From the NCBI GenBank assembly GCA_963817875.1, contig CAWFPQ010000009.1, forward strand, positions 55,442-119,441: DNA of 64,000 nucleotides. Direction: 5' to 3'. Source of the stretch: an uncultured Acidimicrobiaceae bacterium (GTDB lineage: Bacteria > Actinomycetota > Acidimicrobiia > Acidimicrobiales > RAAP-2). Shown here in pieces: positions 45,271-54,137 of the stretch (position 1 is its first letter; every line of letters begins with the position of its first letter). The notes below the pieces were generated by a model. The model did no database searches and was not told where the DNA came from. It saw only the letters and a list, made by a program, of their open reading frames with translations. The position numbers and the translations under genes were made by a program.

Positions 45271-45991
45271 TAAAAATCCAACCGAAGTTCCGGCTCAGAG
45301 CGCTGCGGGACGAGTCCTTCTCTTCGGGGCCTCCCGTGGTCTTGGCCTCGCACTGGCCGAGGCGTGGGTCGAGGACGGCTGGCACGTCACTGCCACAGTT
45401 CGCGAGACCGGAAAGACGGCGCTCCACGAGCTGGCCGAGCGGCACCCAGCGCAGGTGGAGATCGAGACGCTCGACGTGACTAGCCAGTTCCAGATCGCCG
45501 CGCTGCGCGACCGCCTGGCCGGCAGGATGTTCGACCTCCTTTTTCATAACGCCGGCACTGCCAACCAGCCGGACGGCACTGTCGCTGAGACCTCGACCGA
45601 CGAGTTCGTCGAGGTGATGGTCACCAACGCGCTCAGCCCGCTGAGAGTCATCGAGACTTTCGAGGACTGTGTTGAGTCGACCGGAACCATCGGCGTCATG
45701 TCATCGGGGCAGGGCAGTGTGGCCAACAACACCAATGGCGGTCACGAGGTCTACCGTGGCAGCAAGGCGGCCCTCAACAGTTACATGCGCAGCTACGACG
45801 CCCGTCACCGCGGCGAGCAACGAACCCTGATCCTCATGGCCCCCGGCTGGGTCAAGACTGACCTGGGCGGACCCGATGCCCGACTTCGCATCGAGGAAAG
45901 CATCCCGGGCGTGGTCAAGGTGATCGACAGCCTCCGGGGCCAGCCCGGACTTCATTACGTCGACTACCTGGGGCAGACGGTCCCGTGGTAG
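45260..45991 (+). CDS. Short-chain dehydrogenase/reductase
   Basis: VLLFGASRGLGLALA (the TGxxxGxG variant), HNAG, and YRGSKAALN. The track start at ATG 45239 lies inside the predicted promoter spacer, so GTG 45260 is preferred. Confidence 0.8.
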   Translation: MTVTKNPTEVPAQSAAGRVLLFGASRGLGLALAEAWVEDGWHVTATVRETGKTALHELAERHPAQVEIETLDVTSQFQIAALRDRLAGRMFDLLFHNAGTANQPDGTVAETSTDEFVEVMVTNALSPLRVIETFEDCVESTGTIGVMSSGQGSVANNTNGGHEVYRGSKAALNSYMRSYDARHRGEQRTLILMAPGWVKTDLGGPDARLRIEESIPGVVKVIDSLRGQPGLHYVDYLGQTVPW

Positions 45992-46455
45992 GTGCCAGGT
46001 CTGGCGCGGTCTCGAAGGCCGTAAAGGTCCCGGCGAGTTCGGCGCAGCAGGCCTGGACCCTTCTGCGCCAGTTCGTCGATGAGCACAGTCGGCATGGCGA
46101 CCTCACAGAATCACTGGGCTTCAGCCTTGGAGCCGGGCGGGGCAAGGTCTTGTTCCAGCTGCGGACTGGACCACTGACGCACCGTCAGCTCGCTGAGCGC
46201 AATCAAACTACTGGCCCTTACATCTCGGTCATCGTCGACAAACTCGAAGAGCACGGGCTTGTCCAACGTGGTCCCCATCCCGACGACGCCCGTCGCAAGC
46301 TCGTCTCTCTCACACCAGGTGGGCTCGAAGCCATTGCCACCGCGGAAGCCATCTTGTATCGCCCGCCAGACGCCATGACCGCACTCTCGGAGAAAGAGCT
46401 GAAGCAACTAATCGACCTGGTGCAGCGCGTCCTCGACGCTGACGATGGGACCTGA
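45985..46455 (+). CDS. MarR family transcriptional regulator
   Basis: Winged-helix region LTHRQLAERNQTTGPYISVIVDKLEEHGLVQRGPHPDDARRKLVSLTPGG. It overlaps the SDR stop by 7 nt, indicating an operon. Confidence 0.85.
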   Translation: MVGARSGAVSKAVKVPASSAQQAWTLLRQFVDEHSRHGDLTESLGFSLGAGRGKVLFQLRTGPLTHRQLAERNQTTGPYISVIVDKLEEHGLVQRGPHPDDARRKLVSLTPGGLEAIATAEAILYRPPDAMTALSEKELKQLIDLVQRVLDADDGT

Positions 46456-46574
46456 GGGTCACGGCGCTCAGGGCGCTCTACTTGAGGGTGGCCGTATAGG
46501 GGCGACGCGGTTAGACGCCTGGTATGCGAGAGGGGCGTCGGAGGGACGCGAGGACCGCCAAATCGCTTCGGAAC

Positions 46575-46765
46575 GTGTAGTAGAGCGCTCCACTACAGCG
46601 GCGAACTGGATGGACGGGCTGGAAACTGGGTGGAGGGAGCCGCACGTCACGGGACGGGCGGGACCCAAACGGACGAAAACCCTCACCTTTGCCAAGGTGA
46701 GGGTCGCGGGTTCGAATCCCGTCTTCCGCTCCAAACTACCAGGTGGGAGGGTGGTTTTCAACCGC
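46575..46765 (+). repeat. att-like module A: arm + tRNA-Gly 3' part (46683-46733, one extra T in the anticodon loop) + tail
   Basis: GTAGTAGAGCGCTCCACTAC, then GATGGACGG-n13-GGTGGAGGG, then GGGACGGGCGGGACCCAAACGGACGAAAACCC. The tRNA-Gly sequence from the anticodon stem to CCA follows, then AACTACCAGGTGGGAGGGTGGTTTTCAACC. Confidence 0.85.
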
Positions 46766-46914
46766 AACGGATACCCGGCTCTGAGGATCTGAGCGGGGAG
46801 CGTTGATGCCAGAGGTCCTTCACAAACAGGGCCCTTCAGATCTGAGCGGGGCGAGCTGACGGAACGCTGCGGTTTGGACGCTTCGGATAAGTGGTCGGAT
46901 AGCGATCCAACCGT

Positions 46915-47562
46915 TCAGGTGGCGTCAACAATGCTGAAGAAGTCGAGAAGAGCGTGCGCCACCTGAACGGGTGCCTCGAGCGATGCATAGTGGCCGACGC
47001 CTTCGAGAGTCACCGATCGGACTGGAGCGGAGCTGACCTGGCTCATCGTTGCGAAGGTGAACTCGCCGCCACCAGCTCCAATCGCCAGCATCGGAATGTT
47101 CAGCTTGTGGCCGGTGACAAGAGTTGCGATCTCGTCGCCTTCGTGGAGCATGGACTGGTAGAGGCCAATCGCTCCGCGCCAGCCGTCGGGACGGGAATAG
47201 GTGCGGACGAACTCGTCGATGTCGGTGTCGGTGATCGCTCCGGGGGTGGCGCTCATGGCCGGAAAGGCGAACTGTCCGAGGAACTCGCGCTCGCGACCGG
47301 CGAGGAGCATCTCGGGGATCCCGGAGGCGGCAAGAACGCCGATGTGCCAAATACCGCCGTGGGTGACGTCCGCCAGCGCCTCAAGGCCGAACCCGGTTAG
47401 GCCCATCTCGATGGCGGTGAAGCTGAGCACATCCTCGGGGTGCGTCGCGGCGAGACGCAAGACAGTCGCCCCGCTGATGTCCTGGCCCGTGAGGTGCACT
47501 GGGCCAACGTTGAGCTCTTCGATCAGGAGGTGCAGGTCTTCGGCGGAGGATGTTTGCGGCAC
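46915..47562 (-). pseudogene. Alpha/beta hydrolase (epoxide hydrolase/dehalogenase-like, Asp nucleophile), N-terminally truncated
   Basis: It has VHLTGQDISGATV (a G-x-D-x-G elbow) and a C-terminal GVGHYASLEAP (catalytic His). It lacks the ~70 N-terminal residues carrying the HG.P oxyanion motif. The next gene starts 28 nt upstream, leaving no room for them. Confidence 0.6.
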
Positions 47563-47589
47563 TTTGAGTTGTGAGCGCTAACATCGCTC

Positions 47590-48912
47590 TTGATATTCGG
47601 GGAGAAATCCATGCTCAAGTCCGTATCGGGATCCCGACAGAAGCTGGGGACTTCGGGAAAGGCCCAGCTGGTCCTGTCTTCGGCACTGTGCGCGCTGGTG
47701 CCGACACTCGCTCTTGGCCCCGCGAATGCTTCGGCGGCTCAGGAACCGGGCGTCACGACGACCTCGATCCACGTGGGTCTGCCGTACCTCGATCTGAGCG
47801 CGCTCAAGGCGGTCGGGCTCAATCTGGACCAAGGCAGCTATCCCGACGCGTTCAACGCCCTCATTCACAATCTGAACGCGCACGGGGGCATCGACGGCCG
47901 GAAGATCGCCCTGTCCGTCGCTTCGGTCAATCCGACTTCGACTGCTTCGTCCGCCTCGGCGTGCACGCAGCTGACCCAGGACGACCACGTCTTTGTCGCC
48001 TTTGGACCCCTCTATCCGCTCTGCTACCAGGAAGCTGGGGTAACGACCATCAATGGAGACATGGACGCGTCGACATCGCCCAGCGTCGCGCCCAACTTCA
48101 CTCTGACTCCGCCGGCTTCGGCCTTCGACCCTCTGCAGATATCGGTCTATACCAAGATGGGGATTTTCAAGAACAAGAAGGTCGGTGTCATTAGTGCATC
48201 GGTGGACAAGGCCGAGGTGCCGATCGTTCTGTCCGCGCTCAAGGCGCACCACATCGACGTGGTGCAGACCGCCGTCGACTCGGCACCCCAGAACGACACC
48301 GCTGCATCGAACCAACAGATCCAAGTGATTGCGCAGCGCTTTAAACAGAGTGGCATCAACGTCGTGGTCGGAGTCGGGACCGGAGCGGTGGGTTGGGAAC
48401 AGGGCCTGAGTGACAACCAGAGCACCTATATCCCCCATCTGGTCGCTACCAATTACTCTGACTTCGCCGGCGCGGTGTCGGCGAAGGGTGGCAACAACCC
48501 CACCTATCTGAAGAACGCCATCACCGCGACCGCGGTTCCGTCTCAGCGGGTCTTCTGGAACGATCCCGCCGTTCAGAAATGCGTGAGCACGATCGAGAAG
48601 GCGTTTCCTTCGACGGTGATCGGGGACCCAATCGGTGCAGCTACCAGCGCACCAACGACTTGGGTCGCCGCGGAGAACACCTGCCAAGATTTCGCGATGT
48701 TCGTCGACATCGCGAAGGCCGCGGGCAAGCACCTCACGGCCCAGAGCTTCAAGGAAGCCGGGTATTCTCTTCGCAACGTGTCGATCCCAGGTATGGGTGC
48801 GCCGGTCTCCTTCGGGCCGAACCGGCCGTATGCAGTCGGACCGGTGTACCTGGTGACGTACGACTCCAACAAGCATCAGATGGTCATTGCGGACAAGGCA
48901 ACGAGCGCATAA
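47590..48912 (+). CDS. ABC transporter substrate-binding protein, branched-chain amino acid (LivJ/Peripla_BP_6) type
   Basis: Signal peptide (LVLSSALCALVPTLALGPANASAAQ), then GVTTTSIHVG...GGIDGRKI...DHVFVAFG, typical of type I periplasmic binding proteins. The start could also be the ATG at 47611. Confidence 0.8.
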   Translation: MIFGEKSMLKSVSGSRQKLGTSGKAQLVLSSALCALVPTLALGPANASAAQEPGVTTTSIHVGLPYLDLSALKAVGLNLDQGSYPDAFNALIHNLNAHGGIDGRKIALSVASVNPTSTASSASACTQLTQDDHVFVAFGPLYPLCYQEAGVTTINGDMDASTSPSVAPNFTLTPPASAFDPLQISVYTKMGIFKNKKVGVISASVDKAEVPIVLSALKAHHIDVVQTAVDSAPQNDTAASNQQIQVIAQRFKQSGINVVVGVGTGAVGWEQGLSDNQSTYIPHLVATNYSDFAGAVSAKGGNNPTYLKNAITATAVPSQRVFWNDPAVQKCVSTIEKAFPSTVIGDPIGAATSAPTTWVAAENTCQDFAMFVDIAKAAGKHLTAQSFKEAGYSLRNVSIPGMGAPVSFGPNRPYAVGPVYLVTYDSNKHQMVIADKATSA

Positions 48913-48997
48913 CGACGCAGCAGCTGTCGTGCGCCCTTGAAACAGAACCGCCTGGCGCTGCCGGGTCGGCGTGGATCGAGCAGACGCAGCCGTCGGA

Positions 48998-49657
48998 TTA
49001 AGGACCGAGAAGGGCAGCGACGACGAAGTCCGCGAGATCGTCGATGAGGGTGTCGGCCGACGAGGTCCACGGTTGGAACTGACTCATGAACGTGACGCTG
49101 CCCAGGACGGTCGGAAGTAGGTGACTCCGTCTGAGCACGCGTTCTGGGGCGTCGCCTGACTCGACGGCTCGTTGAAGGGTGTTGGCGATGATCGCTTCCC
49201 ACTCTCGCTCACGCTTGACGAATCGTTCCTCTGCTCGGGGATTGGCGTCTACTTCCGCGAGGAGCGCGGGAAAAGCCGCACGGGTGGCCGGATCCGAAAG
49301 GTAGGCCATGTTCCGGCGTATGAGCTCGCGGAGATCGGATTTGAGTGAGCCCGTCGGGAAGTGCGCCGAGGGCTCGGCGCTCAGAGGATCGTCGCCACCC
49401 AGGATGGCTGCTGCCGCCATCTCGGCCTTCGTGTCCCAACGCCGCGCAATGGTCCTTACGTGAACCCCGCTGCGCTGGGTCACCTTGTTCGCGCTCAAGG
49501 CCTGATAGCCCTCTTCGGCGAGGAGCTCCCTCACCGCCTGCAGGATGGTCGAGTCGAGTTCGGCGTTGCGCGGCCTCCCTGGATCCCGGTCGATCTGGGT
49601 CTCGTCTGCGGCAGTAGGCACCAGGTCAGCGTACAAGTTCGGCGTATTTAGTGCCAA
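48998..49657 (-). CDS. TetR family transcriptional regulator
   Basis: ILQAVRELLAEEGYQALSANKVTQRSGVHVRTIARRWDTK is the HTH region. Confidence 0.85.
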   Translation of the reverse strand: MALNTPNLYADLVPTAADETQIDRDPGRPRNAELDSTILQAVRELLAEEGYQALSANKVTQRSGVHVRTIARRWDTKAEMAAAAILGGDDPLSAEPSAHFPTGSLKSDLRELIRRNMAYLSDPATRAAFPALLAEVDANPRAEERFVKREREWEAIIANTLQRAVESGDAPERVLRRSHLLPTVLGSVTFMSQFQPWTSSADTLIDDLADFVVAALLGP

Positions 49658-49754
49658 GGGTTTGGCACTAACTCGGCATGTTCGATATGGTTGCGGACGT
49701 CAGGGCGACGCTGTGTTTGCGCTCGTTGGCGTGGTGGGGACGCGAAGGAGGTCC

Positions 49755-50987
49755 ATGACAGACAAGGTGGCGATCATCTCGGTGGACGGGCACGTCAAGC
49801 CGGCACGGCACGTGTATCTCGATTACATCGACCCGGCATTCCGCCAGGAGCTCTCGGCGGACGTGGGGATTCTCGAGGGATCACCCGACGGCTTCGTCCA
49901 CCCGACCCTGGGCGAGCCCTGCCAGTGGGACGCGGCGCGTCGTGTCCGGGATCTCGAATCACAAGGAGTGGTGGCGGAGGTCCTCTTCCCCAACGGACAA
50001 GCCTTCGAAGGAGCCAGCCTCGACCACTCTCCCGACCCCGGACGGTCGCGGGCCTCGAACATGGCGTACAACCGTTGGCTCATCGACTTTTGCTCCGAGG
50101 CGCCGGGACGATTCTGCGGGCTCGCCGCGATCGACTTCGACGACGTCGAGCAAGCCATCGCCGACGTGCACTGGGCGAAGGAGAACGGCCTGGGGGGTGT
50201 GCTCATGCCGCCCCTGCATCCGAACGCAAAGTTCTTCTTCGACCCGGCGCTCGATCCGGTGTGGGCGGCCTGCCAGGAGACCGGCCTCCCGCTCGGTCAA
50301 CACGGTGGTACTGGCTCGCCCAAGTACGAGCCCCAGAGCTTCGCATCGTTCATGGTGCTGGCCACCGAGCATTCCTTCTTCTCAGGTCGCTCCCTCTGGC
50401 AGCTCATTCTCGGCGGCACCTTCGATCGTTTCCCGGAACTGAAGATCGCCTACATCGAGACGGAGCAGTGGTGGCTGGGACCGGTCATGGATCTCCTTGA
50501 CCGACGCGAGCAGATGGGCGACGACTGGACTGACTTCGCGGAGACGCTCCGGCGGGTCAAGCCGTACAAGAACCTGCCGAGTGACTACTGGAGCTCGAAC
50601 TGCTTCATCGGCCTCTCGCCGTTCACCACCGAACAGATCGAACTCGACCGGTTCGGATCGGCGAGTCGCAGCGAGGCGACTGGGTTCGCGATCCGGTGCG
50701 ACAACTCGATGATAGGAGTGGATTACCCGCATCCCGAGACCGTCTACCCCGGGCTGCTCCGCCAGGTGAAGGTGCTCGTGGACCACCCGGGCGTAACGGA
50801 GGATGAGGCCCGGAAGGTCCTGTATGGGAACGCCGCGCAGCTTTTCGGTTTCGACCTGGCGGCGCTCGATGCGGATATCGATCGCGCCGGATTCCGCCTC
50901 GATGACATTCCCGAACCGGAGCAGGACAGGATGCAGCTGACGTCCCTCTTCGAGGTGGCGTCAGTCTCGCGCCTCACTCCCGATTGA
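49755..50987 (+). CDS. Amidohydrolase-2 (ACMSD/metal-dependent hydrolase) family protein
   Basis: ATG preceded by GAAGGAGG. The sequence has IISVDGHV (an HxH-like metal site start), WLIDFCSEAPGRF, GLPLGQHGG and GVDYPHPE. Confidence 0.8.
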   Translation: MTDKVAIISVDGHVKPARHVYLDYIDPAFRQELSADVGILEGSPDGFVHPTLGEPCQWDAARRVRDLESQGVVAEVLFPNGQAFEGASLDHSPDPGRSRASNMAYNRWLIDFCSEAPGRFCGLAAIDFDDVEQAIADVHWAKENGLGGVLMPPLHPNAKFFFDPALDPVWAACQETGLPLGQHGGTGSPKYEPQSFASFMVLATEHSFFSGRSLWQLILGGTFDRFPELKIAYIETEQWWLGPVMDLLDRREQMGDDWTDFAETLRRVKPYKNLPSDYWSSNCFIGLSPFTTEQIELDRFGSASRSEATGFAIRCDNSMIGVDYPHPETVYPGLLRQVKVLVDHPGVTEDEARKVLYGNAAQLFGFDLAALDADIDRAGFRLDDIPEPEQDRMQLTSLFEVASVSRLTPD

Positions 50988-51029
50988 ACCCTGACGGCCG
51001 TCGCGACGTGCGACGAGATCAGGCGCCGT

Positions 51030-51215
51030 TCAGAGTTGTGCCCACACGGTCTTGTTCTTGAGGTAGCCGTCGATGCCCTCCTGGCCGTTCTCGTAGTCCC
51101 ACCGGACTGCTTGAACCCACCGAAGGGTAGCGACCTTCGGGAGGGAGGTGATAGTCGAGCGGTCGGATGAGCTGAACGATGAAGTCGCCGCGTAGTCCGT
51201 CAGATTCTCATCCAC
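51030..51215 (-). pseudogene. Aldehyde dehydrogenase C-terminal remnant (frameshifted)
   Basis: One frame gives PFGGFKQSG and the adjacent frame gives WDYENGQEGIDGYLKNKTVWAQL-stop. Together these form the canonical ALDH C-terminus. Nothing of the first ~400 residues is present. Confidence 0.5.
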
Positions 51216-51224
51216 AGGTCTTGA

Positions 51225-51434
51225 CTATTTCTCGTCGGTAACCAGACCGCCGACGTACATCGATTCAACTTCAGCCTCGTGGGCGCGTGACTCTTCAGCG
51301 GAGAGCTTTAGACCGATCCTCCCATTCGGCATCACGAGAACACGATTGGCGACCATCTCTGCGTAACGCAGATGCTGTTCAACCACTATTACGGCACGTC
51401 CACACTGTGCGTATTCAGAGATAGCGCCGAACAA
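51225..51434 (-). pseudogene. ABC transporter ATPase C-terminal remnant (LivF/LivG-like)
   Basis: RAVIVVEQHLRYAEMVANRVLVMPNGRIGLKLSAEE...MYVGG matches the H-loop to C-terminus part of branched-chain amino-acid ATPases. Walker A, the signature motif and Walker B are absent. Confidence 0.5.
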
Positions 51435-51438
51435 ACGA

Positions 51439-51600
51439 TCACAGACCGGCGATGGCCAGCCCGTCGAGGTCGTTGTAGGCGTTCATCACGGTGACCAGGC
51501 CAGCCTCCTGAATGGCGGCGCGGAAGGGCACTGCGTCGACGTCGCGGAGCTGACGCTGCGGTGTACCAACGTCAACGGTCGACGGCTGCGAGCCCCGCTG
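51439..51600 (-). pseudogene. Possible glycoside hydrolase family 3 fragment
   Basis: PFRAAIQEAGLVTVMNAYNDLDGLAIAG resembles the GH3 F..AI.AG...VM.AYN..NG segment. The fragment is short and the call is weak. Confidence 0.3.
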
Positions 51601-51606
51601 GGCCGG

Positions 51607-51795
51607 ATAGTAGAGCGCTCTACTACGAGGAACGACCAAGTGGACGGGCTGGAAACTGGGTGGACGGAGCCGCACGTCACGGGACGGGCGGGACCCAAAC
51701 GGACGAAAACCCTCACCTTGCCAAGGTGAGGGTCGCGGGTTCGAATCCCGTCTTCCGCTCCATCGCAGCAGGTCAGAGGCGGTTTTTCACCTGCC
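51607..51795 (+). repeat. att-like module B: arm + exact 50-nt copy of the tRNA-Gly 3' part (51713-51762) + tail
   Basis: A perfect 18-nt palindrome TAGTAGAGCGCTCTACTA comes first, then AGTGGACGG-n13-GGTGGACGG. The rest of the arm is nearly identical to module A. The tail is TCGCAGCAGGTCAGAGGCGGTTTTTCACCTGC. Confidence 0.9.
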
Positions 51796-52025
51796 GACCT
51801 GAGGGACGCACCTCGACTCAGGTGCACGAAACCTTTCTTGAAATGTGCGGCGCGCGCCAACCCTTGGGCCACGGTTGCGAGGGATTGCTGAATCTCGGCT
51901 TCAGGCTCCACGTCAGTCGCTGGCGTCAATGGAACTCCTCCGCCGCAACCGCCAGCACGCGAAATTCCGGGTTTCTCGACAAGGCCGCACCTGACCGAGA
52001 ATGTTGTCCAGTCGTGCGATTCGCA

Positions 52026-52990
52026 CTAGAGGGTTTCAGCAGCGTGGCGAGCGACCTTGGCATAGAGATCTTCGAGGAGTAACCGAGTATCGAGTCGCCG
52101 AAAGATCCGAAGTGGCGGTCCTAGGTGCATAGCGTCGTAGCGACCAGAGTCGAGCATCCGATATCGAGGTCGTTCGACCCACTCGCACGACGAAGGGCTT
52201 GGGTCGAAGCTGGTGAGGAGCGCTGAAAGCAGGACTAGGGGAGAGTCTCCCAGTACGAATGTCTCGCCAATCATCCAGCCGAGCGCTTGCATTTCGTGGG
52301 CAACCACGTCGACTGACTTGAAGAGGTGCTCACCCAACGAGCCTCGCGGCTCCATGCGTGCCAGAAGCTCGCTGCGAGAGACGAGAACCTGCTTATAGGC
52401 ATCTCGCGGGACCTGCCAAAGATCGAGAGCCGAGACATTGAACACGAATTGCGCGGCCACGATGTCGATACTGGTGTTTGTACTCCACAGCCAAGGCGCT
52501 TGGGGTTGGTTCAGCCAAGTCTTCGTATTCACGTCCACCGATCCATACAAGCGTCAGATGATCCGCGATACGCGGCTCCATGAGCCACGCTGAGGCAATG
52601 TTCGTGAGAGATCCACCGCAGACGACGATCAGCTGAGAGTCGGTGTCGTCGCGGATGGCTTCTTCGATGATCGCTTCGGCCGCCGGCGTCTTTCGCGGTT
52701 TGGTGATGCTGGACAACACCTCATTTGATCCGGCAATGACGGGCACGTCGTTCCGTCCGGCGAGAGCTGCCACTTTGCGTGCCGCAGCCGCAGAATCGTA
52801 CGCACAGGTCGGCGACCACGACGGGTCATAGGCCGCCACCTGGCCACCAATGACGAAACGGATATCTGTGCTCAGGCTGAGTAGATGGTGTGCGAGCTGC
52901 ACCAATCCGTCGGGATCGCCGAGTAGTCGTTGTCGGAGATAACGCGCACTCGAGGGGCGATCAGTCCGCTACACCGCGCAGGATCCATCA
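52026..52990 (-). pseudogene. Nucleoside hydrolase-like protein, at least two frameshifts
   Basis: The pieces are MMDPA...RVRVISDNDYS | GDPDGLVQLAHHLL...LIVVCGGSLTNIASAW...LTLVWIGG | ...STNTSIDIVAAQFVFN.... They lie in three different frames (track ORFs 52393..52905 and 52026..52550, plus an unlisted N-terminal piece). Confidence 0.55.
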
Positions 52991-53009
52991 TCGGCCTCCT
53001 TTCCTTCGC

Positions 53010-53615
53010 TCACCCCTCAGGCGCCTGTGCCTCGAGCGTGAGTGGTCTGAGGTACGAGAGGTCCCGACGGTCACGTGTTCCGCGAGGGTAGCCCTGGTCT
53101 TGGAACGGTTCGCTCTGTAGCAATGACGCATCGGCCGTGAACATGAGCTCGACCGTCGAGCGCCTTACCGCGATCTTCCAAATACCGTCGCGTCGCTCCA
53201 ATCGGTCGATGTAACGGCCGCTGATCACGCGTGCGGTGACGCCATCATGGTTGAGGAGGCACACGAGCACGTAACTCTCGCAATGGGCGGTATCGTGGTC
53301 GATGTCGCACATGTGAGTAGTGATGTTGTGGGTGTGGGCCTGTGATCCGGCGGCGTGGACGGGATTGATCCACCCCGCATACTTGGGTCCGGAGTTGACG
53401 GCCTTCCCGTGTTCATCGACCCCGTCGGGATGGTAGGCCCTCGTGAGGAGGTCCGCGTCGTGCCGGTCGTGCCCACGGCTGTGCTCCGAGATGCAGTCGA
53501 GGATTGCGCTGCGATCCATCAGATATCGGACGTCGCGGCGAAGCTGATCGAGTTCGTCGTCGTTGCTCACGATGGTCGGACCTTTCCCCAGTGAAGTGAC
53601 TGTCCGCGCTGTCAT
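53010..53615 (-). CDS. SnoaL-like/NTF2-fold family protein
   Basis: LRRDVRYLMDRSAILDCISEHSRGHDRHDADLLTRAYHPDGVDEHG...GRYIDRLERRDGIWKIAVR is the typical SnoaL_4 pattern. Confidence 0.65.
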   Translation of the reverse strand: MTARTVTSLGKGPTIVSNDDELDQLRRDVRYLMDRSAILDCISEHSRGHDRHDADLLTRAYHPDGVDEHGKAVNSGPKYAGWINPVHAAGSQAHTHNITTHMCDIDHDTAHCESYVLVCLLNHDGVTARVISGRYIDRLERRDGIWKIAVRRSTVELMFTADASLLQSEPFQDQGYPRGTRDRRDLSYLRPLTLEAQAPEG

Positions 53616-54034
53616 CGGTCGAGAATCTGGCCGTAGATATGCTCGGCGTGAAGCTCGACCCCCATCCGGTGGCTGGCCACCATGTCCTCGCCGAAGCCGT
53701 CGCGCTCCGACGCCGCTCCCAGTGCGACGTGGATTTCGAACAGTTTCTCGACGGCGTCATCATCAGGTTCCAGGGCCACGGCCAACGAAGCGGGGCCAGC
53801 CACGACCGCGAAGTTGAAGAAGTCTTGACCAGGCACATGGAGCGACGCCCGGGGGTCACGCAAAAGATTGCGGCCCTTGATGCGATGGGTCGTCGTCGAG
53901 AACCGGATCCGCTGGGTTGAAGGGTGTACCAGGTAGAAGATGTTCGACAGCTGTGGGACGCCGTCTTCTCCGATGGTGGCGAGGATTCCTTTGCGCTCGT
54001 CGGCGATGATCTCCCAGAGTCGCTCTGTCGTCAT
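53612..54034 (-). CDS. Pyridoxamine 5'-phosphate oxidase family (F420/FMN-binding split-barrel) protein
   Basis: From MTTERLWEIIADERKGILATIGEDGVPQLSNIFY...K.RNLLRDPRASLHV. Confidence 0.75.
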   Translation of the reverse strand: MTTERLWEIIADERKGILATIGEDGVPQLSNIFYLVHPSTQRIRFSTTTHRIKGRNLLRDPRASLHVPGQDFFNFAVVAGPASLAVALEPDDDAVEKLFEIHVALGAASERDGFGEDMVASHRMGVELHAEHIYGQILDR

Positions 54035-54137
54035 ATTGGGCTGGTCCTCCAGGCGGATCAATCGGGGACAGGCGCGGTCAGTGATCCAGACGCTCCGGCC
54101 CGCTGCTCGTGATGGTTTGGCTTTCCAGTTTGTCTCG

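Noticed and set aside
46780-46850. Short direct repeat GATCTGAGCGGGG occurring twice about 55 nt apart, just right of module A
   Set aside because: There are only two copies of 13 nt, and no counterpart exists next to the other modules. The evidence is insufficient for any call.
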